64,000 nt of DNA, from contig CAXHJY010001117.1 of assembly GCA_964016885.1 (NCBI GenBank), forward strand, positions 132,477-196,476, in the 5' to 3' direction. Positions 1 through 18,929 of the stretch are shown piece by piece. Each line of letters starts with the position of its first letter. The stretch's first letter is position 1. The notes beneath the pieces are model-generated. The model ran no database searches, was not told the DNA's origin, and was given only the letters and a program-made list of their open reading frames with translations. The position numbers were made by a program, and so were the translations under genes. This DNA is from Eledone cirrhosa (Eukaryota).

Positions 1-55
1 TTTGAAAAGAATATATTGTGATATTTATTAGATTCGAACTAATAAACCATAGTTC

Positions 56-1902
56 TTAGCCATGCTTATCAACGAAATGTACCAAATGCTTTGACAGAAT
101 TCCTCTGTAGTTGACATCATGCTGACGGATTACCCTTGAACAGAAACATTGAAGAGAACAGTATCGTAATGGATTGGATATTAATTCGCAAAACTGGAGA
201 TATTCCAAGCCAGAATTGCCATTACTATTGACGATATCAACATGGCATCCGTAGTTTAGTAAACACGATAAAACTTCCATTTGATGTTGTGAAGGGTCTT
301 GAATAGCGTAATGTATAGCGGTACTGCCTTGGCTGTCGACTGCATTCACGTCAGCTCCGCATTTCAGAAGGGTTTCAACTACACATGCTGGTTGGTACAT
401 TTGGATTGCAAGATGAATGAGGCTCGTCTGGTTGGTGCCATGAGGCTGATGTAGGATTAATTCTCGTAGACTTTTTTCGAAAGCTTTTCTTTCGGATTCA
501 TCTAAGGGATAGGTCAGTACAAACTCCACCAAATCAAGAATTTCTATAAGAAGTCGTTCCAAATCTGGCAATCTCTGCAGAGTTATATCTTTGTCTTGTC
601 CTCTCAGGTATGGAATGACATGAGAACATATATAATTTATGAAGCAATGGAATATCGGTGTCACGTGATGGGTGCTCATATTATTGGTAAGTATTGTATG
701 CATCAGTATCGATGTAAACGTTTCGATTACATCAAGAATATCATTTTGAAGTGGATCCGGAAAATGTTCACAGAATATCAAAAGGCCATATAGCAACTGC
801 ATGCTGGAATGAAATTCACAACGTTTGATATGATGGCATGTTTTCTTCATAAATGACTTGATAGTAGTTGGATGTTTAGGGCCTAGGATTCGTGACTGCA
901 CCAACAAACCTTGAATCCACATTGCATTAGCATCAGAAGCGATTTGGTTCAGTTGTTCATTGTTTGTAAATTCTTCACCGATAATATTAACAATGGCTAA
1001 ATTATGACTCGGTAGTAGTTTGTTAATCACTCCTAAACTAGGTTCACCGTACCGTAACTGCAAAGCTTTCAACCAACATACCATCACTTGTTCAGCATTG
1101 TAAATTAAATGATAATCCATCGCAAATTGACTCCCTAGGAGTTCGTAAGCCGATATTATTGCTTCACGATCGTATTGATCTGTGGCTATCAGGTATTCCA
1201 TTATAGGAAGCTTACAATGGATAGCTGATAATTCCAAAGGCGTCGTCCCGTATTTGCTTCTCCTCAAAATATCTGAATTTTGTTTAACGAAAAGGTCGAC
1301 AGTTTTCAACTGTCCTCTTTTTATTGCGAAATGGAGGGCGTCCTGTCCTTTTTGGTCTACCTTATTGACATCTGCACCCAAAGACAGCAATCTACGGCAT
1401 ATGTGAGTATGCTGGGTTGAATTCATTAGACAGGTCCGTCCTTTAGGATCAGGTATATCAATATCAGCTCCTTGCTCTACCAAAAATCTAAGAATTTTAG
1501 AATTTCTACAACTGACACTAATCGCGCTTTTGCCAGAACTTGCTTGTGTGTTTATATTAGCGCCACGCTTCGCTAAAGTAACCACAACATAAAAATGGTT
1601 ACGCAATGCAGCAATCCAGAGAGGGGTGCATTTGATACCTACGTATGTACCCCGTTGTTCGATATTAGCATCACATTGGTCGAGAAAATAATTGATTAAG
1701 CTCACGTTACCCACATACGATGCCGTGAAAAAGAGAGGACAACCGTTTATTTTCAATGACACAATCATATATCGTTGCTTTAAATTGTATTTTCTCAATG
1801 CATTCTTGACTTTTGAAACGCTGTTCTCCCTGCTGAATTCCGTTAACAGTCTAGCAAGTTTTCTTCTTCCAGACAATTTCGAAATATCGAACTTGCATCC
1901 AG
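56..1902 (-). CDS. fem-1: FEM-1-like ankyrin-repeat protein (CRL2 substrate-adaptor family), copy 1; large terminal coding exon
   Basis: N-terminal ankyrin repeats ([41 protein letters not shown]), FEM1-type 'AYELLGS' and '[10 protein letters not shown]' motifs, two C-terminal ankyrins and a '[10 protein letters not shown]...LVHFVDKH' VHL-box-like end. The ORF-track start is TTG. A pyrimidine tract plus ctacAG acceptor lies at 1904-1903, and AATAAA at 29-24 (minus) follows the stop. Confidence 0.85.
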
Positions 1903-1989
1903 CTGTAGAAGAAACATTTCGTAGAAAAATAAAAGGAAATAATAATAGAGAAGAAATAAATACTAAATCTTAGATTATTTACGTAGAAA

Positions 1990-2035
<46 letters not shown>

Positions 2036-2075
2036 AATATATGTGTGTGTATATATATATATATATGTAAATATA

Positions 2076-2109
<34 letters not shown>

Positions 2110-2128
2110 GATATGTATATATATATAT

Positions 2129-2309
2129 GTTATTCCGGGTTGAATCGGAGGTAACCACAGTATATAAGGTACCCAATAAATAGCAGAGAATAAAAGTTTT
2201 AATATAGAAGAGCTTCTACAGGACTAGAACCGATTCATTCGAGAGAAATCATCAGGAAGCATCTTGATGATTTTTCATGAATGAAAGAGTTCTAGTCCTG
2301 TAGAAGCTC

Positions 2310-2315
<6 letters not shown>
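2129..2315 (-). mobile_element. Short fold-back element in (TA)n carrying a hammerhead-like motif in each arm (Penelope-like terminus)
   Basis: Inverted arms about 2202-2260 and 2259-2315. The minus arm reads GCTTC-CTGATGA-TTTC tctc GAAT-GAAT-CGG..CTG-TA-GAAGC. The plus arm has TTGATGA...GAAA. Each arm has a core substitution. Confidence 0.6.
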
Positions 2316-2350
<35 letters not shown>

Positions 2351-2352
<2 letters not shown>

Positions 2353-2605
2353 TAGTAACACAACAGTTAGTTCCCCATACCGAGAACAATTGTTTCACTT
2401 TATGCAGATCTTCAGCTTGGACTGGTCATGGTTCTACGGAACAGGAACAACAATATTCCGTTTAACCAGGACCAATCGGAGCTGAAGATCCGCATAAGGT
2501 GAAACAATTGTTCTCGATATGGTGAACTAACGTTGTGTTACTACTTCTACCTAACTCGTCCCTTGGGCTGAGTGCTCTACCACTACGTGTATTACCTTCC
2601 AGTAT
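2351..2605 (+). mobile_element. Short fold-back element with hammerhead-like motifs (2479-2515 +; 2382-2418 -)
   Basis: Arms about 2351-2432 and 2464-2546 are inverted. GAG-CTGAAGA-TCC gcataa GGT-GAAA-CAATTG-TT-CTC, with palindromic stem III ACAATTGT. Flanked by (TA)n and (CA)n. Confidence 0.6.
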
Positions 2606-2693
2606 TCACACACACACACACACACAATGTTGGCAAACGTAATGAAGCTATATTGAAAATTTACATCTAAGATTTAATACCAAATGACCAAAT

Positions 2694-2735
<42 letters not shown>

Positions 2736-3092
2736 ATAGCAGCAATGGCATCAGTAGAGTCCTTCTCCAGTAAGACAACCAATACTGTTATTCTCTTAAA
2801 CGGTTTGTACGCCACTAGTTTTTCTGACTAATTAAGGATTCTCTGGTGACATTTGTAATTACTTTAAACTAAATTTAACACTATACTTTTTCAACAGAAC
2901 TTCAACTAAGATGATGTAGCTTTGCACCTTTTAATTACATTTCGTGTTGGACCACGTTTAAAGTCACACGTGATTACGTCAACTTCAGTTCGGAAATGTA
3001 GGTGTCTGAATACCGAACGTTAGGTAATGGTTTCGAATGGTTTCGTATATATATATATATATATATATATATGTTTGTATGTGTATGTGTAT

Positions 3093-3213
<121 letters not shown>

Positions 3214-3219
3214 TGTCTG

Positions 3220-3258
<39 letters not shown>

Positions 3259-3559
3259 GCAAAAACATATATGGTGATGATAGTGATGATGGCGATGATG
3301 ATGATGTTGACAATGACAATATCAATGACGATGATGATGATGACGATGATTACGTCAATGATGACGAGGGAGCTGCACAAATATATTTAACAGGAATACA
3401 AATGTCAACTCTAGATACACATGAATGAACAATTTAAACAAAAATGCAATCTACAGCAAACCTAGAATGTTTTCAGCTGTGATATATTGTATTTGTGGGA
3501 TTATATTTTACTTTTAACAATTCTTTTAAAGTTCAGCCTAACATTTACACCCATCACAT

Positions 3560-4480
3560 ATATAAACCTGTCACCCGTTTATTAGTGTCCTGGGGGTTTC
3601 AGTTAGGATTTACATCTGTCAATTACTGAGAGATATCCACCTTTTATCACTGGATCACTGGTTTTAAAGGATTGGATAGGATTTACACTTGTCATGTATC
3701 TAGAGATCTAGCCCTTGTTTATGGAGGTTTTAAGGTTTTTTGTTTGCATTTTCATTAGTTAAATCTAGATAGCATTTACCCCTCTATTCCCTGGTTTTAA
3801 AGAATTGGATAGGATTTAAACTTGTCATATATCTCGATATCTATCTCTTGTTTATGAAGATTTTACGGGATTTTGTTAGAATTTACGTTCGTTAAATCTA
3901 CATAGCATTTACCCCGCTATCATTGGTTTTAAAGGATTTGCTAGAATGTATATCCGTCATATCTAAAACGCTACCATCTGTTTATCAAGGTTTGAATGTT
4001 TTGGCTAAGATTTCTCCCCTTTGTGACTATAGAGCTGTCACTGTTTTAACAAAGATTTGAATTGGTGGACCAGAATTTACCCATCTAATGTATTGAGTAC
4101 TCTCCTCCTCTAACAACCGTTAGAATTTGCAAACGTCCGTTATATGTTAAGAGCTGTCATGCTTCTACCAATGTTTGGCCGCTTTCTCTTCGCATCGGTC
4201 GTTGTCGAGACCTCAGACGTACTTGGACCCCGTACTGCCGAGATCCTTCGCGAGATCGGAGCGTCGGTGGTCCGTCTGAGGAGGGAGCCCCACGTGGTTG
4301 GGTGGTTGTTGCAGCGGGTGTCACTGGCCATCGTCCGGAGGAATGCTTTTGCCATCTTGTCTACAGGGTGCAGCACTTCTGCCCCCTTGCACTAGGATCT
4401 GTCACCATTCTATAAATGGTTAGAATTTACACACGTAAATAGCTGTCACCATTCTACCAATTGTTAGAATTTACACACAT
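3560..4480. repeat. Degenerate minisatellite (about 40-45-bp subunits, 'ggttttaaaggattggataggatttaca' / 'ttagaatttacacac...gctgtcaccattct')
   Basis: Recurring motifs seen by eye; interrupted by the 4170-4395 insert. Confidence 0.6.
4170..4395 (+). mobile_element. 3' fragment of an RLE-type (restriction-like endonuclease; CRE/NeSL/R2 group) non-LTR retrotransposon
   Basis: GC-rich island translating to FASVVVETSDVLGPRTAEILREIG...WLLQRVSLAIVRRNAFAIL, which matches the C-terminal 'VET.G..G......L..IG...LQR.S.A..RGNA..I' signature of RLE elements. Confidence 0.7.
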
Positions 4481-4947
4481 TTTATTGTGTGTGAATGTGT
4501 GTGACTGTGTATTTGATTGTCAGAGTCTGTGTGTCTGTGTGTGTGTATAATTGTGTGTGAGTCTGTGTTTGATCGGTGAATTGGTAATGACAATAACAAC
4601 ATCAACACTATTACCAACACCACCACCAACAACAACAATACCCACCACCACATCATCAGCCCACACAAGCTCTACCACCATTTTCTCTCACATCACTAAA
4701 GAGAACCTCAGAAATAAAATTATTGAAAAATTATTTTAAAAAAATCATAACGTAAAAAATTACAGAAAAACTACAGAACAAACAGAATTTTCAAAAATAA
4801 ATCTCCTTATTATTTTCAATACATATTTCTTTCATTGTGTGTCTTTTGTATTGCATAATTGTTATTTTGTTATATTCTATCGGTTTACATTGAATAAAAT
4901 ATATATATTTTGAAATATATTAGGTTTGAACTAATCAACCATACCAC

Positions 4948-6794
4948 TTAGCCATGCTTATCAACGAAATAAACCAAATGTTTCGATAGGATGTGTTTGT
5001 AAATGAGATTATGCTGGCGAATGACTCGAGCACAGAAACACTGTAGTGTGCAATGATGTAAAGGGTTTGATATTAATTTGCAAAACTGTAGATATTCCAA
5101 ACCAGAGTAGCCATTACTGTTGACGATATCAACATGGCAGCCGTGGCTTAGCAAACACGACAAAATTTCCATTTGATGTTGTGAAGAATACTGAATTGCA
5201 TAATGTATAGCAGTGTTTCCCTCACTATCGACAGCATTCACATCAGCTCCGCATTTCAGAAGTAATTCAATCACATACACGGGCTGATACATTCGAATTG
5301 AGAGTTGTAAAAGGCTGGTCTGGTTTGTACCACGGGGATGATGACGTATAAGTTGACGTAAGCTGCTTTTAAATTCCTTCGACTGTGATTCGACCAACGG
5401 GAAGTTCAACAGAAATTCAAGTAAGTCGAGAATTTCGACTAAAAATCTCTCAAAATCTGGTAATTTCTGTAGATTATCATTTAAACTTTGGTTTTTCAGA
5501 AATGGAATGACATGTGAACATATGAAATTTGTGAAACAATGGAAAATACGAAAGATGTAGTGTGTACTCATATTATATGCTAATATCGTGTGCATCAGCA
5601 TCGATGTGAAAGTCCCTATTATATCGAGTATATCATTTTGAAGTGGGTCCAAGTATTGTCCAAAGAAAATAAATATGCAATAAAGCAGTTGCATGCTTTG
5701 ATGGAAGTCACTTCGGTTGATGTGAAAACATATTTTCTTCATAAAAGACTTGATAGTAGTTGGATGTTTGGGACCGAGGATTCGTGACTGAATTAACAGA
5801 GCTTGAGTCCACATTGCATTAGCGTCGGGAGACATTTGATTAAGTTGTTCATTGTTTGTAAATTCATCTCCAATAATATTAACGATGGCTAAATGATGAC
5901 TTGGTAAAGCTTTATTAATCGGTGACAAACCAGAATCTCCGTAACGTAACTGTAAAGTTTTCAACCAACATACCATCACTTGTTCTGCATTGTAAATTAA
6001 ATGATAATCCATCGCAAACTGACTACCTAGGAGTTCATAAGCCGATATTATAGCTTCACGATCATATTGATTTGTGGAGATGAGGTATTCCAATATGGCC
6101 GGCTTACAATGGATGGCAGATAGCTCTAAAGGTGTAGTACCGTTTATATCTTTTCTTAAAAGATTAGATTCGTTTCTTACGAATAAATCAACAGTTTTCA
6201 ACTGTCCTCGTTTTATTGCGAAATGTAGAGCGTCTTGTCCCTTATGATCTACGCTGTTAACATTTGCTCCCAATGTTAACAGACGACGACATATATTCGA
6301 ATGCTGGGACAAATACATGAGACAGGTACGACCTTTTAAATCCGGCATATCAATATCTGCTCCTTGCTGGACAAGAAACCTTACAATCTTGGCATTTCTA
6401 CAGCTAACGCTGACTGCACTTTTACCAGAATTTGCTCGAGTGTTAACATCAGCTCCATGTTCAACTAAACTCACCACCACATAAAAATGGTTACGTAAAG
6501 CTGCAATCCAAAGCGGGGTACACTTAATCCCCACGTATGTACCACGCTGTTCAACGTGGGCATCGCATTGGTCAAGGAAATAGTTGACGAGACTCACGTT
6601 ACCTGCTTGCGATGCAGCGAATATTAAGGGGCAGCTGTTTATTTTCAAAGACACAATCATAAATCGTTGCTTCACGGTGTATCTGTTCAAAGTATTTTTC
6701 ACTTTTGCCACGTTATTCTGCCTGATAAATTCATTCAAAAGGCTCGCAATTTTTCTTCTTCCGGATAGTTTCGAGGCATCGAACTTCCGTCCCG
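4948..6794 (-). CDS. fem-1: FEM-1-like ankyrin-repeat protein, copy 2 (tandem paralogue); large terminal coding exon
   Basis: Colinear and gap-free with copy 1, with the same motifs (TLQCFCARVI...LVYFVDKHG). The ORF-track start is TTG. Acceptor caacAG at 6796-6795; acceptor to stop is 1847 nt, as in copy 1. The start of the 3' UTR is also conserved. Confidence 0.85.
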
Positions 6795-7079
6795 CTGTTG
6801 AAACATTCCGTAGAATAGAAAGAAGACGAATACGAGTGAACAACAAGGAATCCAAGAGAGACGACGGTTTAGAAAAAAAACTTATCTACCTATTCCGAAA
6901 CATTACGAAATGCGTCAGCTCAAAAAAATATTTTTCTAACATATGTATTTGTATTTACGAGGACCGGCGCCTGAAAATCTCATAGCGGCTATGTTTAAAA
7001 ATATACCCCATTTTGTCTTGTCAGTTGGCCCTTCCATGACAGTATCTTGATCAGCCTGTGACCTTTTAAACCTACCCTC

Positions 7080-7125
<46 letters not shown>

Positions 7126-7473
7126 ACATTTATAAAGAAGTTATTACATAAATCTTTTTACCAAAACAAACACTTCGGAATATATATATATATATATATA
7201 TATCTGTACGTATGTATATTCAACATTTCAACCCCATCAACGATTCAATATTATTCTTAAATATTATATATATATATATATATGTATATGTCATATATAT
7301 ATATATATAAATATGTATATATATATATATATAAATATGTATATATATATATATATATATATATTTGTCGTGCAAGGTTTTTGATATGAAATCGTGTGTC
7401 GAAACAAATATTCTTATACTGATGGTGTCACAGATGTGTGATGATTAAGTTTGATAGACTATATATACATAAT

Positions 7474-7613
7474 AGTCCAGAATTAGCCGTCGAAACGGCT
7501 TGAGCTCAGCTGTCGGGGTCTTACTGGTTCCTATTACCCACTCTACTACCTCAAGTATTGAGTACTTTGGTGCGTTATGGTCCACCTGGTTCCTTACCAC
7601 ATTTCCTTCGTTA
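7474..7613 (+). mobile_element. Family-X short element (3' half of a hammerhead plus tail), single arm
   Basis: Essentially identical to 22593-22732. GAAA-CGGCT tgagctc AGCTG-TC-GGGG. Confidence 0.7.
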
Positions 7614-7811
7614 TTACATATATATATATATATCTGTATTTATAACCACTGGCCAATCAATGATAAACATTGATTGCCAAATAAATTAACTACGGAGATA
7701 TAAAAGATACAGAAGCGAAAACCAACCGAAACCAAACAGTGAGTGTGTTCTGTTTTTATTTATGTTATAACAATATGATCCTCCCTATCACCATTTTCAT
7801 CATTTCATTTT

Positions 7812-8120
7812 ACGTCCGCTTTTCCCTGCTTGCAAGGGTGGGACGGGAACTGATTCTGGCTTGATTTCTACAGCTGGATGCCCTTCCTAACACCAACCTC
7901 ATTTACAGTGAGTGCTGGGTGCTTTTTGCCGTGGCACCTTACACGTCCACTCTGCAGATGATAGGGACCCCAGTCCCTATCATCTCACTTCTAGCTGAGT
8001 AAACTGGAGAAATGTGAAATAAAGCGTTTTGCTCAATGAAACAACACATCACCCGGTCTGAGAATTGAACTCACAACCTTTCGATTGCGAGACCAATGCT
8101 GTAACCACTAAGCCATGTGC
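7812..8120 (-). mobile_element. tRNA-derived SINE
   Basis: Minus strand has A box TGGCTTAGTGG, B box GAGTTCAATTC, 'TTGAGCAAAACGCTT...CTCCAGTTTACTCAGCT' and the central domain 'AGGAAGGGCATCCAGCTGTAGAAA' typical of metazoan tRNA-SINEs. Confidence 0.75.
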
Positions 8121-12928
<4,808 letters not shown>

Positions 12929-13020
12929 CATCTACACTATTTGATCTTAAAGGGTCCTATTTCACACTAACTCAATTTTATGATTTGTAAACCTAATTCA
13001 TGTCTTTCAAACATTATTTT

Positions 13021-13330
13021 GCTGCGGTAGAGGGTCGGACGCCATTCTTTCCAGCATAGTTATGGCCCTTTATGGGTCCGAGTTCAAATCCCGTCGAGAT
13101 TAACTTTGCCTTTCATCCTTACGGGGTCGATAAAATAAAGTACCAGTAATGTACTAGGTAATTTACTGGCCTTGTGCCAAAAGTTGAAAATTATTTTGCT
13201 GAAGTACTAGTAGTGTACTGGGTATTGCTGGCCTTGTGCCAAAAGTAGAAACAATTATTTTGCTGAAGTACCAGTAATGTACTGGTTATTTGCTGGCCGT
13301 GTGCCAAAAGTAGAAGCAATTATGTTGCTG
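13021..13330 (+). mobile_element. Octopus-type tRNA-derived SINE with tandemly repeated tail
   Basis: GAGTTCAAATCCC B box, 'tttgcctttcatccttacggggtcgataaaataaagtaccag', and three repeats of 'ctggccttgtgccaaaagt'. Confidence 0.75.
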
Positions 13331-14013
13331 AACAGACCTTGATATTTCTACAGAGGTGGGGTGGGAGGGGTGTATTTTATAAACACAGCGACTACGAGAA
13401 CTTTTACGTACCACATGTAGCCTCCATTCGGAACTATGGCACCCACTTATCTCAAAAATCGTCATTGGCTCATGTTGAACGAGAATTTTACAAAGCTCCT
13501 ACTAATTGTGAAATAGCAGCCGTTCTATCTGGAACAGTAGAAAATAGTTGAGCTCATTGTGTGATTGATTTCAAGGTCAATTTAAACTATAATAAAGTAA
13601 GGAGTGCGGGACTGCGTCCAGAATGTGTTTTATTATCCCGTATGTAAAATAAGTTGGATTACTTTGAATAAATAATGAATGAATATTACATAATTTATCT
13701 ACTAACTTTCGTTATTCTTGATTAAATGTAAATGATTTTGTTGCTTATTTTAAGATTCACTTCTTTAAAATTAGCAAATGTCAATACTCCCGGTTAGCGA
13801 TCGCTTTTCCGTCACTAATTTTTCTCCTAAGGCAATTTATATATAATATCGTCTTTTCTTAATATATCATGGATTACGTTACTGATTACATAAAACGATG
13901 TAACGCCGTCTACGTTCAATTTCTGTGTATATTGTCAATTACGATTTTATTTGATGTATCATAACTACATGCATATATACTTGCGTATAATATCAATATG
14001 TATACCACACATG

Positions 14014-14283
14014 CTAGAAGAAAACCACCGGAGGGGTGGTTTTTCTGCTAGTATTATGTAATACAAGAATTATTTTTCAATACGCTGACGAATGTCTGTT
14101 TATAAGTGTGTGTATGTAGTTTTTACACACAAATGTTGTGCATGTTAGACGCTCTTTTCTGTAGCTTGTCATTCCCTCTTCTTTACTCAGTTATCTCTAG
14201 TGCATAACGTTATCACTCCTTCCTTTCTTAGTTATCTATAGTGTGTGACGGACGGACGGCAATCTCTCACATTTATATATAGA
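14014..14283 (-). mobile_element. Possible non-autonomous Helitron-like element
   Basis: The minus strand starts TCTATATAAAT...GTCCGTCCGTC. A hairpin AAAACCACC/GGTGGTTTT at 14021-14043 is flanked by CTAG on both sides. Confidence 0.35.
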
Positions 14284-14577
14284 AGCAAGGCCAATTGTTT
14301 CGTTTAGGCACGGTTTTATCCATGCAATGATATAACTAATCGTTGTCATTAGTAAGGAACACATTGACCCAGCTCCCATAGAATGCAACGAGATAACGTG
14401 ATGGGTTTTGCATCATTGATTTTGTATCAGAGCTACAGTGTGTAGATGTTGACTGTATATAGACACGGTTTGTTGAGATGTTGACTCTATATAAACGGAA
14501 TGTCTATATACCGCCCCCTTGTCTCTGCTTTTCAGCCCCATGGATTTTGTCTATTATATTCCTTTGTTATATTTCGA

Positions 14578-14635
14578 ATACCTGATGATGTCACCGGATT
14601 CATACTGAACCCGGTCACTGAAATGATCATAGTAT
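14578..14635 (+). ncRNA. Type-I hammerhead ribozyme motif (solo)
   Basis: Stem I ATAC/GTAT; CTGATGA; long stem II (ACCGG/CCGGT, TTC/GAA); GAAA; palindromic stem III ATGATCAT; AUA cleavage triplet. Followed by AATAAA and (TA)n. Confidence 0.7.
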
Positions 14636-14684
14636 AATAAACCTTTTAATGAATTACACCAGTCCAGCCTCCTGTTATTTTATA

Positions 14685-15205
<521 letters not shown>

Positions 15206-15355
15206 AAGTATTTCCGTTGGAAAGGTACAGGAAAAAAGAGTGCTCTATGCAGGCTATACAGCTGAGTTATGTAATAAACAGCATCAGATAATTATTTCAT
15301 TTACCGGTGGTTTCTTGAAGGCAGATGGTATGTCTGTCTATATATATGTATATAT

Positions 15356-15388
<33 letters not shown>

Positions 15389-15533
15389 CATACTCTTTCT
15401 ACGCTTGCTCATACAGCTCTTTCTCTCATTACCACCCGATTCTGTTACCCGGAGATTTACCCACCTGCATTGTTGAGGCTTCCAAACGACTATTTTTATT
15501 ATTCCACAATGCTTCAAAGAAACTCCAACACTC

Positions 15534-15594
<61 letters not shown>

Positions 15595-15719
15595 GAGGGT
15601 GAGTAATATTGTAGAACAATAAAACTATGCATATATCAGATAAGAAGCACTCAACAGTTGGTAGAACTGGAGTATATGTTAAAGAAAAAATTAAAAGACG
15701 GTTAAAAAAGTTCTATATA

Positions 15720-15785
15720 TTTTATTATGCGCATTTTGAAAACAACATCCTCCTGGGACAAAACTTGTGTTCTCATCAGATAAAA
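15720..15785 (-). ncRNA. Decayed type-I hammerhead motif (G12 to A)
   Basis: Minus strand: TTTTAT-CTGATGA-GAACACAA...TTGTTTTC-AAAA-TGCGCA-TA-ATAAAA. 6-bp stem I and palindromic stem III ATGCGCAT; GAAA is replaced by AAAA. Confidence 0.6.
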
Positions 15786-15998
15786 TAAGGTAACATATGA
15801 GGCCTAAAAACACTTGTCAACAAGAAAGTGTCCAGCTTACATATGACAAAAATATGCGAGTAAGAGATAAAATAGGAAAAATGAAGAAAAGGAAAGAAGA
15901 AAGAAACAGGAAAAAGAAATAGAAGAGAGGAAAAAAGGAAAAAAGAAAGAAGGCAGAGAGAGAAAGAGAAAGATATATATATATATATATGTATAAAT

Positions 15999-16037
<39 letters not shown>

Positions 16038-16454
16038 GAGAGTGTGTGTGTAGATGTTGACAGTATGTATAGACACGAGGTAGAAAATATAGATTTTGTT
16101 ATATATAAAGTTTTAAAAATGTTGGGGTGAGAAGGAAATTTATTGTATCAACCACAGACTGTTATACGTTGAAAATGACAGGATTTTAACTGAGAACCTA
16201 ATGAACCGAAAAGACCTGGGCTAAGAATTTGTTCGCCTCGCTAAAATGTCTGTACACCCAGCCCCCTAACTTGGGGTCAAGTTTGTCAAAGACACATAAC
16301 TTTCCTGTGATAATGAATAAGGAATGACCACTTTGCTAAAGAAAACGCCTCGCCATCTGGTTTAGGAATCGAACTCAAGAGATTACGTTCATAAACCCAC
16401 CTTCCTAACCCATGTGATCGACCCTTTCCGACCTTACCCGTAACGTTGCCACAA

Positions 16455-16900
16455 CCAGCCCCACATTCTAGCGCTGAAATATACATAGAGATGAAACAGA
16501 CTTGGGAAAGAAATAAATTTTGAAAGGCCGCTCACAACATTGATCCAACACAGTCTTTACTAAAACTCTCCCCTCCTCAAAATGACGACGAAACCAGCCC
16601 CATTCACTAGCCCTGAAATAAGCAGAGAAGAAAAGGAAATTTGAGAAATAATTTATGAAAGGCCCCTCACAACATTGAGCCAACACAGTCTTTAATTTAC
16701 AAAGCAAAACTTTCTAAAACTCTCCCCACACCGAAATGACGACGAAACCGGTCCCATTCACTAGCCCTGAAAGAAGCAGAGAAGGAAAAGAAATTTGAGA
16801 AATAATTTATGAAAGGCCCCTCAGCACACTGAATCAAAAGAGTCTCTGTTGGTGGCTTTCACTTGTGGCATTTTACAAAGCAAAACTTTACTAAAACTCT
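16455..16900. repeat. About 135-155-bp tandem repeat, roughly 3 diverged copies
   Basis: 'cattcactagccctgaaa...gaaataatttatgaaaggcccctca...aaatgacgacgaaacc' recurs. Confidence 0.8.
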
Positions 16901-17932
16901 CTTCATTGTGGATATGTCTGTGGGCATGGGCTGCTCTCAGTCTTATACATATTCCGACAGCTTCTCTCTCTCTCCCTCCCTGTCTCCACGTTTCTCTCTC
17001 TCCACATCTGTCTTTCCACGTCTATCTCCCCCATTTCTTTCTCCCCTCGTCTCTCACTCTCACTCTCACTCTCTCTCTCTCTCTGTATCTTTCAAACCCC
17101 GTCTCTCTCTACCTTTCTCTTTGCATATCTCTCTCTCTATCTCTCTCTCTCTCTCTCTCTGTCTCCATGTCTCTCTTTCTCTCACCATTACTCTCTCTCT
17201 CTCTCTCTCTCTCTCTATTTCTCCCTTACTCTTTCTCTCTCTCTCTCTGTGTCTCCCTGCCTCTCTGTCTCCTTGCTTCTCAGTTTCCCTGCTGTGATGT
17301 TTTCTAACGCGGAATAGTGTATTGTCGGTTTCGGCAAACCACAAATTCATGAAGCATAACCCGCTTGTCTCTGCTACTACTCTAAATAGTATAATTTAGG
17401 TTGTTAGTGAAGTCAGATGCATCGAAGCATGAATTGTGAATCACAAGGAGACTAATATACCCAGTGAATATATTCCTTTTGAAACACACCAAATTGAAAT
17501 TGAAATTGGCTAAGAATTGTCTCGGAATTTCTGCAGAGAAATTTTCGATGTGAGCGGCTATTTGCTAGTAACTACCACATTCATTTCTAAGGAAAGATCT
17601 CTCCAAAGGAGCTTTACTTTACATAATTATGCTAATAATAATGACAATAACAACAACAACAACAATAACAATAACAATAACAATAAGAATACTACTACTA
17701 CCACTACTACTACAACTACTACCGCCACCACTACTACTACTACCACTACTACTACCACTACTACCACTACCACTACCACTAATAATAATAATAATAATAA
17801 TAATAATAGTAATATCGATAATGATAATTAATTAGATGAGATTAATGGTGTTAATAAAAATTTATATTTAATTATTTTTCTTTCATGATGTCGAGATGAA
17901 AGACGTTCGATATGCTAATGGCTGCCTTTGTA

Positions 17933-17976
<44 letters not shown>

Positions 17977-18609
17977 TGTATGTGTACAATATATATATCT
18001 ATATATTGTATGTGTATATATATATACTATACATTCATTAATATATATATATATACGGAGCAAGAGACGTGTGTACGTCTGACTGGTAGCAACAGCTATT
18101 ACATCAGAACCTGAACGTTTATACGTCTAGTAATGACGAAAACTACTGATCTAACCGTAGGACAGATACCTATTATAGATAGCTCTAGCCTTATCCATAC
18201 TTGGAATGTGCCCCCGTCGCTGTCGACGATCACTGCTCAAGTGGTATGATTAACTGAACGGCCTGCTCTTGAATGTAACCTGTGTGTATGAGTAACAATT
18301 CGATAGAAGTTAAGGACCAACACACTTCCTTGAAGAGGGTCTCTTTTCTGAAGACATTCTACTTCCCAGTTCTCTTGAGACAGTCCTCCTACCACTAATA
18401 GTAACTCTCAGGGAGATTCGGTGTGAGAAATATCGTAACAAGTCTGGAACTTAAGAAAGACAGTCTATCTTGTATTATAGAATACATGGCTGAATATTCC
18501 AAGGACGTGTATATATTATAGGGAATTCTCAGGAAGATTCAGTATAAGACAGCATAAGACATACCTGTCCATATAATTACAGGTACAGTCTGGCTTATAT
18601 TATATCATA

Positions 18610-18850
18610 AAATAAAGTACCAGTAATACACTGGGATAATTGCTGGCCTTGTGCCAACAGTAGAAACAATTATATCATAAGTGGCCAGCAAATATCCCAG
18701 TGTATTACTGGTACCTAGTTTATCGACCCCGTAAGGATGAAAGGCCGACGTTAACTATGCCTTTCATCCTTACTGGGTCCACAAAATGATGTACCAGTAA
18801 TACACTAGGGTAATTGATGGCCTTGTGCCAAAAGTAGAAACAATTATATT
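18610..18850. mobile_element. Cluster of SINE 3' fragments in both orientations
   Basis: 'gtaccagtaatacactggg..gctggccttgtgccaa' occurs forward and reverse, with 'tatcgaccccgtaaggatgaaagg'. Confidence 0.7.
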
Positions 18851-18929
18851 ATAACTGGCTGAGTATACCGCAGACATAGGTAAACTTAACGTAATTGTTT
18901 TGGTATTGCTGAACGACTGATTACAATAC

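Noticed and set aside
1692-1973. Similar plus-strand ORFs at 1692-1973 and 6584-6985
   Set aside because: Antisense shadows of the duplicated FEM-1 exons with non-ATG starts.
15270-15325. GAAA-TAATTA-TC half motif on minus
   Set aside because: No CUGANGA strand or stem II can be fitted; chance is likely in AT-rich DNA.
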